From: Anolis carolinensis | Lineage: Eukaryota | DNA length: 64,000 bases | NCBI RefSeq assembly: GCF_035594765.1 | Contig: NC_085846.1 | Location: forward strand, 6,993,190 to 7,057,189 | Reading direction: 5' to 3' | Part shown: positions 13,224 through 28,230 of the stretch, one piece after another | Position numbering within the stretch: position 1 is the first letter of the stretch | Layout: every line of letters starts with the position of its first letter | Position numbers and translations under genes: made by a program | Notes under the pieces: model-generated | The model's database searches: none | The model's input: only the letters and a program-made list of their open reading frames with translations | Told to the model about the DNA's origin: nothing

Positions 13224-13281
13224 AGAGCGGAGGCGGCGGCGGCGGCGAAGAAGCGGAGCGGTTCGTCCTTTACACCCCAAA

Positions 13282-13322
13282 GGCTCTTTTAAGAGCCACC
13301 CACCACTTCCAGAAAAGAGCTG
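13282..13322 (+). terminator. Histone 3' stem-loop + HDE (H1)
   Basis: GGCTCT-TTTA-AGAGCC at 13282-13297, then ACCCA; purine-rich AAAAGAGCTG downstream element. Confidence 0.95.
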
Positions 13323-13347
13323 AATCTCACTCATAAGTAACTTTAAC

Positions 13348-13745
13348 GGAGCCGCGGTGGCGCAATGGGTTAAATACCTTGTGCCGGTTGAAGTGCTAAC
13401 TTGAAGGTTGGGTTGCTGACCTGAAGGTTGCCGGTTCGAATCCGCGAGGCGGGGTGAGCTCCCGTCTGTCAGCTCTAGCTTGCTGGGGGCATGATAGAAG
13501 CCTCTCAGCAGGACAATAACATCCGGGCGTCCCCTGGGCAATGACTCTAGATCAATGGTTCTCAACCAGATGTTTTGGCCTGCAACTCCCAGAAATCCTA
13601 ACAGCTGGTAAACTGGATGGGATTTCTGGAAGTTGTAGCCCAAAACACCTGGGGACCCACAGGTTAAGAACTACTGCTCTTAGATGGCCAATTCTCTCAC
13701 ACCAGAAATGGCTTGCAGTACATTCTCAAGTTGCTTTTGGCATAA
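13348..13745 (+). mobile_element. Anolis SINE2-like tRNA SINE with a nested hAT-type MITE (~13550-13680)
   Basis: GGAGCCGCGGTGGCGCAATGGGTTAA A-box, GGTTCGAATCC B-box, and ...CATCCGGGCGTCCCCTGGGCAA...GGCCAATTCTCTCACACCAGAA body. Confidence 0.65.
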
Positions 13746-15841
13746 ATTAAATCAAAATAATCAAAAATGGGGAAAGATTAATACTTTCTTCTGGCGGCCT
13801 AAGAAAGGATCAACGCCACTATTTAAAACTTAATTTGGAGCAATGAGAAAATGGGTTTGTGGGCTGTCTGGCCATGTTCTGGAAGCATTCTCTCCTGACG
13901 TTTCTCCCACATCTATGGTAGGCATCTTCAGAGGTTGTGAGGTCTGTTGGAAACTAGGCAGAGGGGTTTATATGTCTGGAAAGTCCAGGGTGGGAGAAAG
14001 CTTGCCTGCTTGAGGCAAGTGTGAATGTTGCAATTGATCACCTTGATTAGCACTGAATGGCCTTGCAGCTTCAAAGCCTGGGGTAATTCTTTGTTGTGAG
14101 GTGTTAGCTGATCCTGATTGTTTCTTGGCTGCAATTCCCCCGTTCTTGAGTGTTGATCTTTATTTACTGTCCTGATTTTAGAGTTTTTAAATAGTGGTCA
14201 CCAGATTTTGTTCATTTTCATGGTTTTCTCCTTTCTGTTGAAATTGTCCACCTGCTTGTGGATTTCAATGGCTTCTCTGTTTAGTCTGACATGATGCTTG
14301 ACAGAATGGTCCAGCTAACACCTCCCAACAAAGGATTCCCTCAGGTAGAAATCAGCTAGGCTTTGAAGCTGCAAGGCTTTTCAATGGGAACATTCACAAT
14401 CGCCTCCAACAGACAAGATTTCTTTCCCCCACGCTGGACATCATTCCACAGATATATAAACTCCACTTGCCTAGTTTCCAACAGACTTCACAACCTTTGA
14501 GGATGCCTGCCATAGATGTGGGCAAAACATCAGGAGAGAATGCTTCTGGAACATGTCCAGAAAGCCTGTAAAACTCAAAGCAACCTAATGAGAAATTGCC
14601 TGCTTGACTGGGGACCCTGGGACAGTTGATTCAATCAAACCCACGCTTGTGACCAGAAGCAGTGAGAGGAAGAAAGAATTAGAGTTGCCATTTAGTGTCT
14701 TCAATTGAAAGCTTCACTGTTACAACATTTAAATATTAACTATTTAAGTAGAGTCATGATTAATTTTGAGAGCCAGGTTGGTATTGTTGGACGGAGAGGG
14801 AAAAAATGTTCAAATTCCTGGTTTTTAAGGAATACAGTGATGAAAAGCATTGAAGGAAGGGGTTAAATTTGAACTCGTGATCTATATGTTAGGTTTCTCA
14901 AAGCTGTTAAACCGTGGATGGGCAAACTTGGGCCTTCATGTGTTTTGGACTGCAACTCCCAGCATTCCTAACAGCCTCAGGCCCTTTCCTTTTGCCCCTC
15001 AGCCGCTTAAGCGGCTGAGGGGCAAAAGGAAGGGGCCTGAGGCTGTTAGGAATGCTGGGAGTTGCAGTCCAAAACACATGAAGGCCCAAGTTTGCCCATG
15101 CCTTTGTCCAACATGGAACTCTATCTGGGAGGCTGGATGGCCATCTGCCAGGGGTGCTTTGATCAGGCGTTTCCTGCCTGGCGAACTGAATGGTCCATGT
15201 TCTCAAAATGAAGCTAAGAGTTCCAACTTTATACAAATGTTTCAATGCAGTTTTCAGCACTTTTGGTACTATAATACTTTAGTTTCCCACTCTTGTATTA
15301 AAGTGTCTGCATGGGTTAAGAACTATCTAAAAACCAAGAAATTTGGGGATTATTGATGGACAACACCAAAATGTAGATTGACACTTAAATCTCTGAGGAT
15401 GCTTGCCATAGATGTGGACGAAACATCAGGAGAGAATGCTTCCGGAACATGGTCATACAGCCTGGAAAACCGTGATTCCGGCCATGAAAGCCTTCGACAA
15501 TACATTGACACTTTGTGGCTCAATGCTATAGAATCTTGGAAGTTGTAGTTTGGTGAGGCCCAGGCCCCAACACCCTTGAGAAGAATGTCAAAGCCTTTGT
15601 CAAACTGCAAATCCCCAAGGTAATACGGGCTCCTGGGATTTCCTGTTTGGTTTTACAACTAAAAACCTTGTAAAACTACAATTCCCAGGATAATTATATA
15701 GGATCATGGGACTTTTGCAAGGCATCAGCACTCGGGTGGAGGGCCAAACCTCTTATAAAACTACAACTAGCATGGAATTGTGAAAGTGAGGCCAAACCGC
15801 ATTGAATCCCAGTATGTATGCACCAAATTCATTCACAATAT

Positions 15842-15880
15842 CAGCTCTTTTGGGATCAAGTGGTGGCTCTGAAAAGAGCC
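15842..15880 (-). terminator. Histone 3' stem-loop + HDE (H3)
   Basis: Minus strand GGCTCT-TTTC-AGAGCC (15865-15880), then AAAAGAGCTG. Confidence 0.95.
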
Positions 15881-15916
15881 TTTGGGTCTGATCGGTGTGT
15901 GTGGGAATGAAGCGCC

Positions 15917-16991
<1,075 letters not shown>

Positions 16992-17901
16992 TTTTCAGGC
17001 TTAGATCAAAGCAGATTTTTAAAAAGGTCCTTTTCAGGGCCACCCATGTTTTCATGAATAGGGCTGTTGTCACAAAGTCAATGATTTTGGAATCATAAGT
17101 TGGAAGAGACCCCAAGGGCCATTTAGTCCGATCCCCTTCTGTCTTCATGCAGGAAAAGCGCAACCAAAGCACTCCTGACAGATGGCCATCCAACCCCTGC
17201 TTAGAAGCTTTCAAAGAAAGAACTTTCAGACCCTAGGCAGAGTTCCACTGTTGAAGCACTCTTATATGAAATCTGTGGGCTTGTCAAATGGCTTTTATAT
17301 TAGACCTGGTCAAACTTGGTCCCTCCAGGAGTTTTGGACTTCAACTCCCACAATTCCTACCAGGCCCACTACCCTAACTCATGAATATCCAGATAGAGCA
17401 ATATATTCATTTAAGTAGCTCCCAAAGTATATAATCTTGGATAGTACCAAACAAAAGTACAGTTTGGGAAATAGACGGATGATAGTGATTATCAATATGG
17501 TGTTGAGTCTTCATCATTTATTAATTTCCAGAATGGCAATCTTATTTTGTGTACATACATGGACCTCCTTTTTGGTTTAGCATCCCAAAGCAGGTTTAAA
17601 TTTAAAGAACCAATTAAAAATTTTCCTGTGTTGTCAAGGCTTTGGCTGGAATCACTGGATTACTATTTTCCATGCTGTATGGCCATGTTCTAAAACAGCC
17701 CAGAAAGCTCACAGCAATCCAAAAACTTTCCTGTTTAGACAGGCCTTTAGTGAAGGAAACTAATCTGGAGTGATGAGAAACACCATGTTTATGGACTGGA
17801 ACAAAGTGTAATATAATCTGACACAATGCCACAACAATGTGAATATATATTATTGTTGTTTTACACTGTTTATTTTATGTTTTATATTTATTATCGATGT
17901 A

Positions 17902-18224
17902 CAGTAGAGTCTCACTTATCCAACATAAACGGGCTGGCAGAATGTTGGATAAGCGAATATCTTGGATAATAAGGAGGCATTAAGGAAAAGCCTATTAAAC
18001 ATCAAATTAGGTTATGATTTTACAAATGAAGCACCAAAACATCATGTTAGACAACAAATTTGGCAGAAAAAGTAGTTCAATATGCAGTAATGCTATGTAG
18101 TAATTACTGTATTTATGAATTTAGCACCAAAATCTCACGATATATTGAACACATTGACTACAAAAATGCGTTGGATAATCCAGAACGTTGGATAAGCGAG
18201 TGTTGGATAAGTGAGACTCTACTG
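17902..18224. mobile_element. Tc1/mariner (pogo/Tigger-like) MITE
   Basis: TIR CAGTAGAGTCTCACTTATCCAA with TA TSD. Other copies at 19836-20110, 37336-37795 (extra internal TIR at 37473), 53479-53900, 56107-56429, 62215-62637. Confidence 0.8.
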
Positions 18225-20267
18225 TATTTGGATTGTTGTTTACATTATTTTAATATGTTGTAAGCCATTTTGGGTTCTGTGAGGGAGAAAAGCAAGATAT
18301 AAATAAAGATGATGTATTGTTGTTGTTATTATTATGAAATATGAATACTGTTTTGGTTTGGAGCAATGTACACTTGTGACATTGCCAGTGGTCAGATTAA
18401 AGTGAACCTGTATTAACTACTTTAGGGTGGCAATAGATTACAAACTGGATTTAGTTTCTGATTACAGGAAGTTCCCAAGGTACGAACATCCGATTTACAA
18501 ACACCTAGTTAAGAAGAGAGGTAAGAGGTAAGTTGTCTATATTATGGAAAATTTTAATTATTTTTAAAAAAAAGAGTGGTAAGACAACAGGAAGTGAGAA
18601 GAGCCTACCCCTCTGAAGGGACATCAGCTCCTGAAAGAGTTATCTTGAGGAAAAGGGGTCTCCACTGAATATTTACCCCCAAGCTTTGTTTCCATAACAG
18701 TGACAAGACAGACAACAAATAAGGGTTTTATATAGGCTTTTCCCCAGCTTTCAGCATTTTTGGAGGCTGTGCTTGGTTATGGCCTAAAGTGGGGTGCTGT
18801 CGCTTTATCTCCTTGCAGAAGAGCTTTCTTTGTTCGTAAACCTTCCTTTTTTTTGGCCGCGCCTAAAATACCTCCCAGCTTTTAATGTGGTTCCTATTTA
18901 TATATATATATTCACATGCCAGCCCACATGACCTTGGAGGTGTCTACAGACAACGATGGCTCTTTGGCTTAGAAATGGAGATGAGCACCAACTCCCAGAG
19001 TCAGACACGACTTGACTTAACATCAGAGGAAACCTTTACCTATTCACATTACTGCTTTTGATCCTCTATGATCACAGGGACAGAAAGTGAAGTGGGATCT
19101 TCCGAACAGAGGCACAGACAAGACAAGCACAATAGGAGTATTAACCCATCTCTATACAATCCAATGTGTGTATGTATATTTATATAAATGCATGTGGATA
19201 ATTTCAACAGAACTGAGGAAACAATTAAAATGAACAGTCTGGCTCCCAGCATTTAAAAAACTCTAAAATTAGGACAGTAAATAAAGAACAGCATCCAGAA
19301 AAGAAAGGAATTCCTGACAGGAAACAATCAGGGCCAGCCAACACCTCCCAACAAAGGATTCCCCCAGGCAGGACGCAGCCAGGCTTTCAAGCTGCAAGGC
19401 CATTCAATGTGAATCAGGGTGATCAATTGCAACATTCACACTTGCCTCAAAGTGCTTTCTCCCACCCTGCATATCAGTCCAGATATATAAACCCCTTTGC
19501 CTAGTTTCCAACAGACTTCACAACCTGAGAATGCCTGCCATAGATGTAGGTGAAACGTCGAGAGAATAGCAACCCAGTTTATACTTAGAAAATATCCCTG
19601 CTCAGACTCACAAATTTAGCTTAACAAACCTATGGAACCTTTTTTTTTTGGGGGGGGGGGGGGGGTAACTTGGGGCCTGCCTGTACCTGGCCCTTATACT
19701 GATGATCTATTTGATATATTTTGTTACACAATTTACAGGGAAACAGTACTACTGTATTGAGCTTTGGATAGCATAGGGAAGGGTCAACAACGCATTGAGT
19801 CTCCTTTGGGAGATAAAACAGGGTATAAATAAATACAGTAGTCTCACTTATCCAAGGTTCTGGATTATCCAAGGCATTTTTGTAGTCAATGTTTTGTGAT
19901 ATTTTGGTGCTAAATTTGTAAATACAGTAATTACTACATAGCATTAATGTGTAATGCACTTTTTCTGTCAAATTTGTTGTATAACACTAATTTGTAAAAT
20001 CATAACAATTTGATGTTTAATAGGCTTTTCCTCAATCTCTCCTTATCATCCAAGATATTCACTTATCCAAGGTTCTGCTGGCCTGCTTACGTTGGATAAG
20101 TGACTCTACTATATAATAAACATAACATTGGGATGTTCTGTCCATCCAGTAATTTCAGAGGGTGATGTTTGAAACGGCCATTAAGGAAATCAGCACTTTT
20201 GTGACAGAGTGGGTGGCTCTGAAAAGAGCCTTTGGGGCTTTGCTGAATCCGAAGGGAACTGGCGTGT

Positions 20268-20720
<453 letters not shown>

Positions 20721-20729
20721 TTAAGCACG

Positions 20730-20927
20730 AGCCTCGCCTTTTATTTAGTCTCGAGGATCGTAGTTCCTCGTTCTGATTGGTCAAAACGTCACATCGCCCC
20801 CTCTTGGCCAATAAGAAGATGGCTCCTTCCAGCCAATCGGAGCGTGACATTCGAATGGACCAATCGCGTGCTTGTGTTCATATCATCCAATAGAATTGAG
20901 ACGACTTTGAAGACTTCTTATTTGCAT
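20730..20927. promoter_or_regulatory. H2A promoter with multiple CCAAT boxes and an H2B-type octamer (CTTATTTGCAT)
   Basis: Five CCAAT/ATTGG motifs between 20775 and 20892; ATTTGCAT at 20920-20927. Confidence 0.7.
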
Positions 20928-21073
20928 GTTTTGCTTAGGGGGAAAAGCATTACGTCATTGCTTCAGGGGTTGAAGGAAACAGTCATGGGTTTTGTCAGCC
21001 TGCTTTTCTTTGTCTCCGAAAGAGTCATTGGGCTGCGTTTTTCTTAATGCAACTCTATCTGTCTCTCTATATC

Positions 21074-21203
21074 NNNNNNNNNNNNNNNNNNNNNNNNNNN
21101 NNNNNNNNNNNNNNNNNNNNNNNNNNNNNNNNNNNNNNNNNNNNNNNNNNNNNNNNNNNNNNNNNNNNNNNNNNNNNNNNNNNNNNNNNNNNNNNNNNNN
21201 NNN
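21074..21203. other. Assembly gap (130 N)
   Basis: Run of n characters. Confidence 1.
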
Positions 21204-21443
21204 TTTTAAAATGAAATATAATAAAACTGAGTAACATTTTCCCCAAAAGTCAGCATAGATTATAATTATTTCATAACCTTCCTAGCTTTCTTGTTTCTGG
21301 GTTGCTGTGAGTTTTCCAGGTGGTATTGCCATGTTCCAGAAGCATTATCTCCTGATGTTTCGCCCACATCTATGCCAGACATCCTCACAGGTTGTGAGGT
21401 TTGTTGGACACTAGGTAAGTGAGGTTCATATATCTCGAAGGTC

Positions 21444-21491
21444 ATCTATCTATCTATCTATCTATCTATCATCTATCTCTCTATCTATCTC

Positions 21492-21522
<31 letters not shown>
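21444..21522. repeat. (TCTA)n microsatellite
   Basis: Seen directly. Other SSRs: (TTA)n ~7885-7928, (AAT)n ~9861-9903 and 9990-10038, (TTG)n ~11192-11222, (GT)n ~39239-39262. Confidence 0.9.
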
Positions 21523-22920
21523 GTAGGATGTCCAGGGTGGGAGAAAGAACTCTTGCCTGCTTGAGGCAAGTGTGAATGTTGCCATTGGCCACCTTGATTA
21601 GCATTGAATGGCCTTGCAGCTTCAAATCCTGGCTGCTTCCTTCCTTGGGTAATCCTTTGTTGGAAGGTGATAGCTGGCCCTGATTGTTTCTTGTCTGGAA
21701 TTCCCCTGTCTTCTGAGTGTTGTTCTTTATTTGAACAGTAAGGAAGAAACCATGAAAATGAACAAAATCTGGCTACCAGTATTAAAAAAAACCTCTAAAA
21801 TCAGGACAGTAAATAGTTTCCAAACAATTAACCAATATTCTGTTTTAAAACATATAGTAATCTAGGATATAGTCTACTTTTAATGTTGCATGCTGTGAAT
21901 TGAACTGAAGGTGAGCCTGTGAGGGTGGTTTCCACAGAATCATAGAATCATAGGGTTGGAGGAGACCTTGTGGGCCATCCAGTCCAATCTCCTGCCAAGA
22001 AGCAGGAAAATTGCATTCAAAGCACTCAATATTGCATTCAAATAATATTGCATTCAAACATTGCATTCAAATAATATTCCACACATCATTTATATGAGGT
22101 ATGGGCAAACTTGGACCCTCTGGCTGTCTTGGACTTCAACTCCCAGCATTCCTAACAGCCTCAGGTGCCTTCCTTTTCCCCGTCTGCCGCTTAAGATGAG
22201 GCTGTTAGGAATGCTGGGAGTTGAAGTCCAAGACAGCTGGAGGGCCCAAGTTTGCCCAGGCTTGATTTATATTATGAAGGGCTTTCCATGTCTGTTTGGC
22301 CTTCTTATAAAGATACATTGATGATCATTGCCTTTCCCTGTTCCTACATTGCAGGGTCGTGTAATGGTTTGAGGCTTATATTGGGAAACAGCAGACCAAG
22401 TGGAGTGCCCTTGGGCAAGTCACACACTCTCTCAGCCTCAGAGATAGGCAAGCATAGCATATCAGCTCTGAAGAAATCTATCGAGAACGTAAGAGAAGAT
22501 TTTTGTCATAAGCTTAAGTCAGTTGAAGAGCATTTAACAGCAACAACGGGATGTTAGGGAATTAAACCTTCAGGAACAAAGGGCATGACTTCCTTTTCCC
22601 TCCCTGTGCTGCTCCTTTCCCTTCTCCGTGGTATCAAGATCCCTTTGGCTCCTTCAGATCATCCAATCCAACCCTCTTCTGCTGTCAAAGGAACTTTGAA
22701 CCTTTTGTCTGAGGCTACGGTTAGGTAACAATTCGATTGTTTATGAAAAAGCCCGCCTGAAACCTGATTGGTCAGAAGGAGAGCCTATGGCGTATTAGGC
22801 TTGGGGAAAGTGGGCGGTGCTTATGAATATTTATTACAGGAAAGGTTTTAGTTTTCGCTCTGGTCCGACAACGAGCTATAAAAAACCCTGCGACGGCTGC
22901 CGAGCTCTCTTTCCGTTTGA

Positions 22921-23259
<339 letters not shown>

Positions 23260-24791
23260 TTTTCCAGCCCTAATCTCTTCAACAAAACCCCAAAGGCCCT
23301 TTTAAGGGCCACCCACGTTTTCCTCAAAAGAGCTGTGTTAACCCCAGTCTCCATTAATTTAAAAGTTACTATTTTCAATCCAGACAGCATGCCTGCTCCA
23401 ATTTAAGGGTTTTCTATTCCCATTGTTTTATTCATTCAATAGTCAAATGTATTTTTTATTTCACCCTTAAGTATTGCAATTATTATATGTTGCTTTTTTC
23501 CACATTCTAAAGCAGTGACATGTAATTAAGGCAATCTGACCCACTGAAAAAAATTATAACTTGTTTAAATCTGGCCAATTCAGGGTTTTTTGTTTTTGTT
23601 TTTTGGGGTTTTTTTGCATGCAACTTTATGCCCATTGGGTTATTCATCCAATATTTATTTACTACATCTATATCCCGCTCTTCTTTATCCCGAAGGGAAC
23701 TCAGCGGCTTACAAATCAAATGAACATACAATATATTATTAGCATAGCACAATATAAACATTAAATTAGTATATTGTACTATATCATTATATGGAAATAT
23801 TAGTAATATTACATTTAATATATAATATATAATTAATATATTGTATTATTAGTATAATACTGTATTCCAATAGTCAATGTGTTTTATTTAGCCCTTAAAT
23901 ATTATTATTTGCTTTTTTCTTTTGAAAGAGACTCATAATAAAAACAAGCTGACACACTGAAAAAAATTACAACTTGTTTAGATCTGGCCAGTTTAGTTTT
24001 TTTTTTAATTCAAAAACATGGTTACATAGATTACACATTTAGTTTTTTTATGTGCAAATTCTAATTACTACAATACTACAGCTACATACCTACTACAGAT
24101 AACAAAACTTAATACACAGGAGTAAAAGACTTGACAGATTTAAGCTACAAACCTCTTGCTCACTAACTATCCTATTTCCTTTAAATCAGGCATGGGACAA
24201 CTTTGTCTCTCCAGATGTTTTGGATTCCCAACTCCCACCATTCCTAACAGCCTTAGGCTCTTTCCTTTTCCCCCTTAGCATTAGCAATACCTCACAACTT
24301 CTGAAGGATGCCTGCCATAGATGTGGGCAAAATATCAGGAGAGAATGCTTCTGGAACATGGCCAGACAACCCAGAAAACATACAACCCTGTGATCCTGGC
24401 CATGAAAGCCTTCAACAACACATAAGCAATAATAGTCAATGGTTGCAGATCGCCAAGGATTGTGTTAATACTGATTTATTTATAAATAAAAATATAATTT
24501 TAAAATAATTATAAGTATTTTTATAAAATAATTATAACATTTAGGGGTTATAATCCCCCTTTGTCTGATGGATCTGGTAACAAGCAAAAGGTCCCTCCAC
24601 TAACCTGAGAAACATAACAAGAAAGGAGCTTTGCAAGTTTGCAGCATTTGGAACAGATGATGCCTGCAAGCTAATGCAAGCATTAGCAGCCAAAATGCTA
24701 TGTTTGAAACCTCAGGGGCTATATTTATCATGTCAGAAGCAAATTGAAGATACGGTTATAATTTATTTAAAACCACAAACTTTGCATTATA

Positions 24792-25100
24792 TTAGATTTT
24801 CTTTGAACAGAAGCTGGCCACTTGGAGTGCCTCTGGTGTTGCTGTGAGAAGGTCCTCCATTGTGCATGTGGCAAGGCTCAGGTTGCATTGTAGTTGGTGG
24901 TCTGTGGTTTGCTCTTTTCCGCACTTACATGCTGTGGGCTCCACTTTGCAGCCCCATTTTTTAAGATTGGCTCTACATCTCGTGGTGCCACAGTGCAGCC
25001 TGTTCAGCACCTTCCAAGCTGCCCAGTCTTCCGTGTGCCCAAAAGGGAGTCTCTCATCCGGTCTCAGCCACGTATTCAGGTTCCGGGTTTTAGCCTGCCA
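24792..25100 (-). mobile_element. Non-LTR retrotransposon 3' fragment (Vingi/ingi- or RTE-like)
   Basis: W..LNRL..GTTRCRANLKKWG....CKCG.EQTTDH.LQC, a C-terminal CCHC knuckle; clade assignment uncertain. Confidence 0.6.
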
Positions 25101-26822
25101 CTGGAGGACCAAAGTTTGCCCATGCCTGCCTTTTAAATTAGTGGGGTTGTTGTGTGTTTTCCAGGCTGTATGGCCATATTCCAGAAGAATTCTCTCCTGA
25201 CATTTCACCCACATCTATAGCAGGCATCCTCAGAGGTTGTGAGGTATATAGGAAAACTAAGAAAGGAAGGTTTATATATCTATGGAAAGTCCAGGATGGG
25301 AGGAAGAACTCTTGTCAGTTGGAGGCCAGTGTGAATGTTGTAACTAATCACCTTAATTAGCATTGAATAGCTTCATCTCCTGGCTTCTTCCTGTCTGGGG
25401 GCATCCTTTGTTCAGAGTCGTTAGCTGCCCCTGATTGATTCATGTCTGGAACTCTTCCTTTTTTTGAGTGTTGTTCCTTATTTACTGTTCTGATTTTGGA
25501 GTTTTTTTTATACTCAAAAGCTTAATAGCCAGATTTTGTTCCTTTTCATGGTTTCTTCCTTTCTGTTGAAATTGTCCACATGCTTGTGGATTTCAATGGC
25601 TTCTCTGTGTAGTCTGACATGATGGCTGTTGGAGTGTTCCAGCATTTCTGTCTTCTCAACTGTGTCCAGGCTGGTTCCTCAAGGGCCCTGCTATGGCTGA
25701 CTTCTCTGGTTGAGTGAGTCTTCAGTGTCTTTCATGTTATTTGATTTGTGTTTGGGTGATGCTGTGCTTTGTTGTCCCTCTGTAGACTTGTCCACAGCTG
25801 CATGGTATATGGTGGACTTTCTGCAGAGGTGAGAGGATCCATGCAGCTGTGGACAAGTCTACATGAAAATGAACACAATGTGGATCTGCGATTTCCTGCT
25901 TCTTGGCAGGGGGTTGGACTGGATGGCCCATGAGGTTTCTTCCAACTCTACTATTCTATGATTCTACCAGTATTAAAAACACTAAAATCAGGACACTAAA
26001 TAAAGGACAACACCCAGAAAAAGGGGAATTTCAGACAGGAAACAATCAGGGCCAGCTAACATTTCCCAACAAAGAATTCCCCCAGGCAGGAAGCAGCCAG
26101 GCTTTGAAACTGCAAGGCCATTCAATGCTAATCAAGCTGGCCAATTGCAATTTTCGCACTTGCCTCAAGCAGACAAGAGTTCTTTCTCCCACCCTGGACA
26201 TTATTCCACAGATATATAAACCCCACTTGCCTAGTTTCCAACAGACCTCACATCCTCTGAGGATGCCTGCCATGGATGTGGGTGAAACGTCAGGAAGGAA
26301 CGCTTCTGGAACCCCCGAAACCCCACAGCAATCCATTCGTAATATATATTTTATGTTTTGATTCACAAATTATTAAAAATTGTTCATTTATACCTTTAAT
26401 TTGCTCTTTTTAAAAATAGCGTGTATTGTTTTCAACATGCCTTGAATCCGGTTAACAAGGGCGGGATATAAACGGAGAGAACAATGGAGGCCGAATTTCC
26501 TTCTCTTCCTTTCTCTTCCTTTCTCTTCCCGAGGCATTCTACGAGCCCTGTTCCGATTGGCCAATTTCAGAATCCATCTCCTGATTGGCCGACAATCCCG
26601 CGCCCGCGTCTGATTGGAGGAGATGCATGAATACAATAACGAATGCTGACTGTCTTTCTCTTCCTTTCGCCCAAGGAATGCTTCGAGCCGTGTCCTGATT
26701 GGTTAATTTCAGAAACCGTCCCCTGATAGGCAGCAGTAGCGTGCCGGCGTCTGATTGGAGGAGGCGTTTCACCTTCCTCCAATCGGAATCGCGGTCCAGG
26801 ATCCGACGGCGGAAATAAATAG

Positions 26823-27278
<456 letters not shown>

Positions 27279-27882
27279 AGCCCAGAAGTCTGCTTCAAAC
27301 ACTTGCTGGACTTGGAATCTGATTCAAAACCCCAAAAGGCTCTTTTCAGAGCCAACCACAAAGTCATGAAAGAGTTGCTTAACACTGCTTCTCACAATTT
27401 GTGATTATAGTTACCAGGCATGGGCAGGTGTTTTGGACTCCAACTCCCAGCATTCCTAGCAGCCTCAGGCCCTTTCCTTTTGCCCCTCAGCCGCTTAAGC
27501 GGCTGAGGGGCAAAAGGAAGGGGCCTGAGGCTGCTAGGAATGCTGGGAGTTGGAGTCCAAAACACTTGCAGGGTCCAAGTTTGCCCATGGCTGAATTCTG
27601 TCAAATTACAACTGGGAGACTGCAAAGCCAACAATGATGGAATAATAATGGTCATCCAAAATAGTAGATAATTAATATGGACTAATTAATCTAATGATAC
27701 TATATACCAAGGGGAATTAAGGAAAACAACAGATTGAACCGGAGTTTAAAAAATACTTAAAATCAAAACACGAAAATATAAAGGAGTGACCAACAAGAGC
27801 AAACTAGAAAAAAGACTCTCTTTACACAGAAGGATAAATTGGAAGTTATAAAGAAAGCCCTCTTACCCTAAACCCTTTAAGG

Positions 27883-28230
27883 CAGGGGTCCCCAAACTTT
27901 TAAAATGGGGCCAGTTCACAATCCTTCAGACTGTTGGAGGGCCGGACTATAGTTGGCCACCAAGCAATAATAATAACAACAAAGAGGGTTGGAAGAGACC
28001 CTTTGGGCCATTTAGTCCAATCCCCTTCTGCCTCTCTGCACCAAAAGCACAAGCAAAGCACCCCTGACAGATGGCCACCCAGCCTCAATGTTAATAATAA
28101 GGGTTGTAAGAGAAGAAGAGACCCCTTGGGTCATTTAGCCCAACCCACTTCTGCCCTTGTGCCATGGGGGCCGGATAAATAGCTTCGATGGGCCGCATCC
28201 GGCCCCCGGGCCTTAGTTTGGGGACCCCTG
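27883..28230. mobile_element. Non-autonomous hAT (Charlie-like) element
   Basis: 16-bp TIR CAGGGGTCCCCAAACT and perfect 8-bp TSD CTTTAAGG (27875-27882 / 28231-28238). Confidence 0.9.

Noticed and set aside
13348-13445. tRNA gene downstream of H1
   Set aside because: The A/B boxes belong to a tRNA-derived SINE head; there is no cloverleaf and the sequence continues into SINE body.
12746-13643. Long antisense ORFs over H1 (likewise over H3, H4 and H2A)
   Set aside because: Expected from histone codon bias; no independent evidence.
14850-15356. ORFs such as MGKL..SRCFGLQLP / VFWTPTPSIPNSL recurring through the window
   Set aside because: Translations of the palindromic hAT MITE family, not genes.
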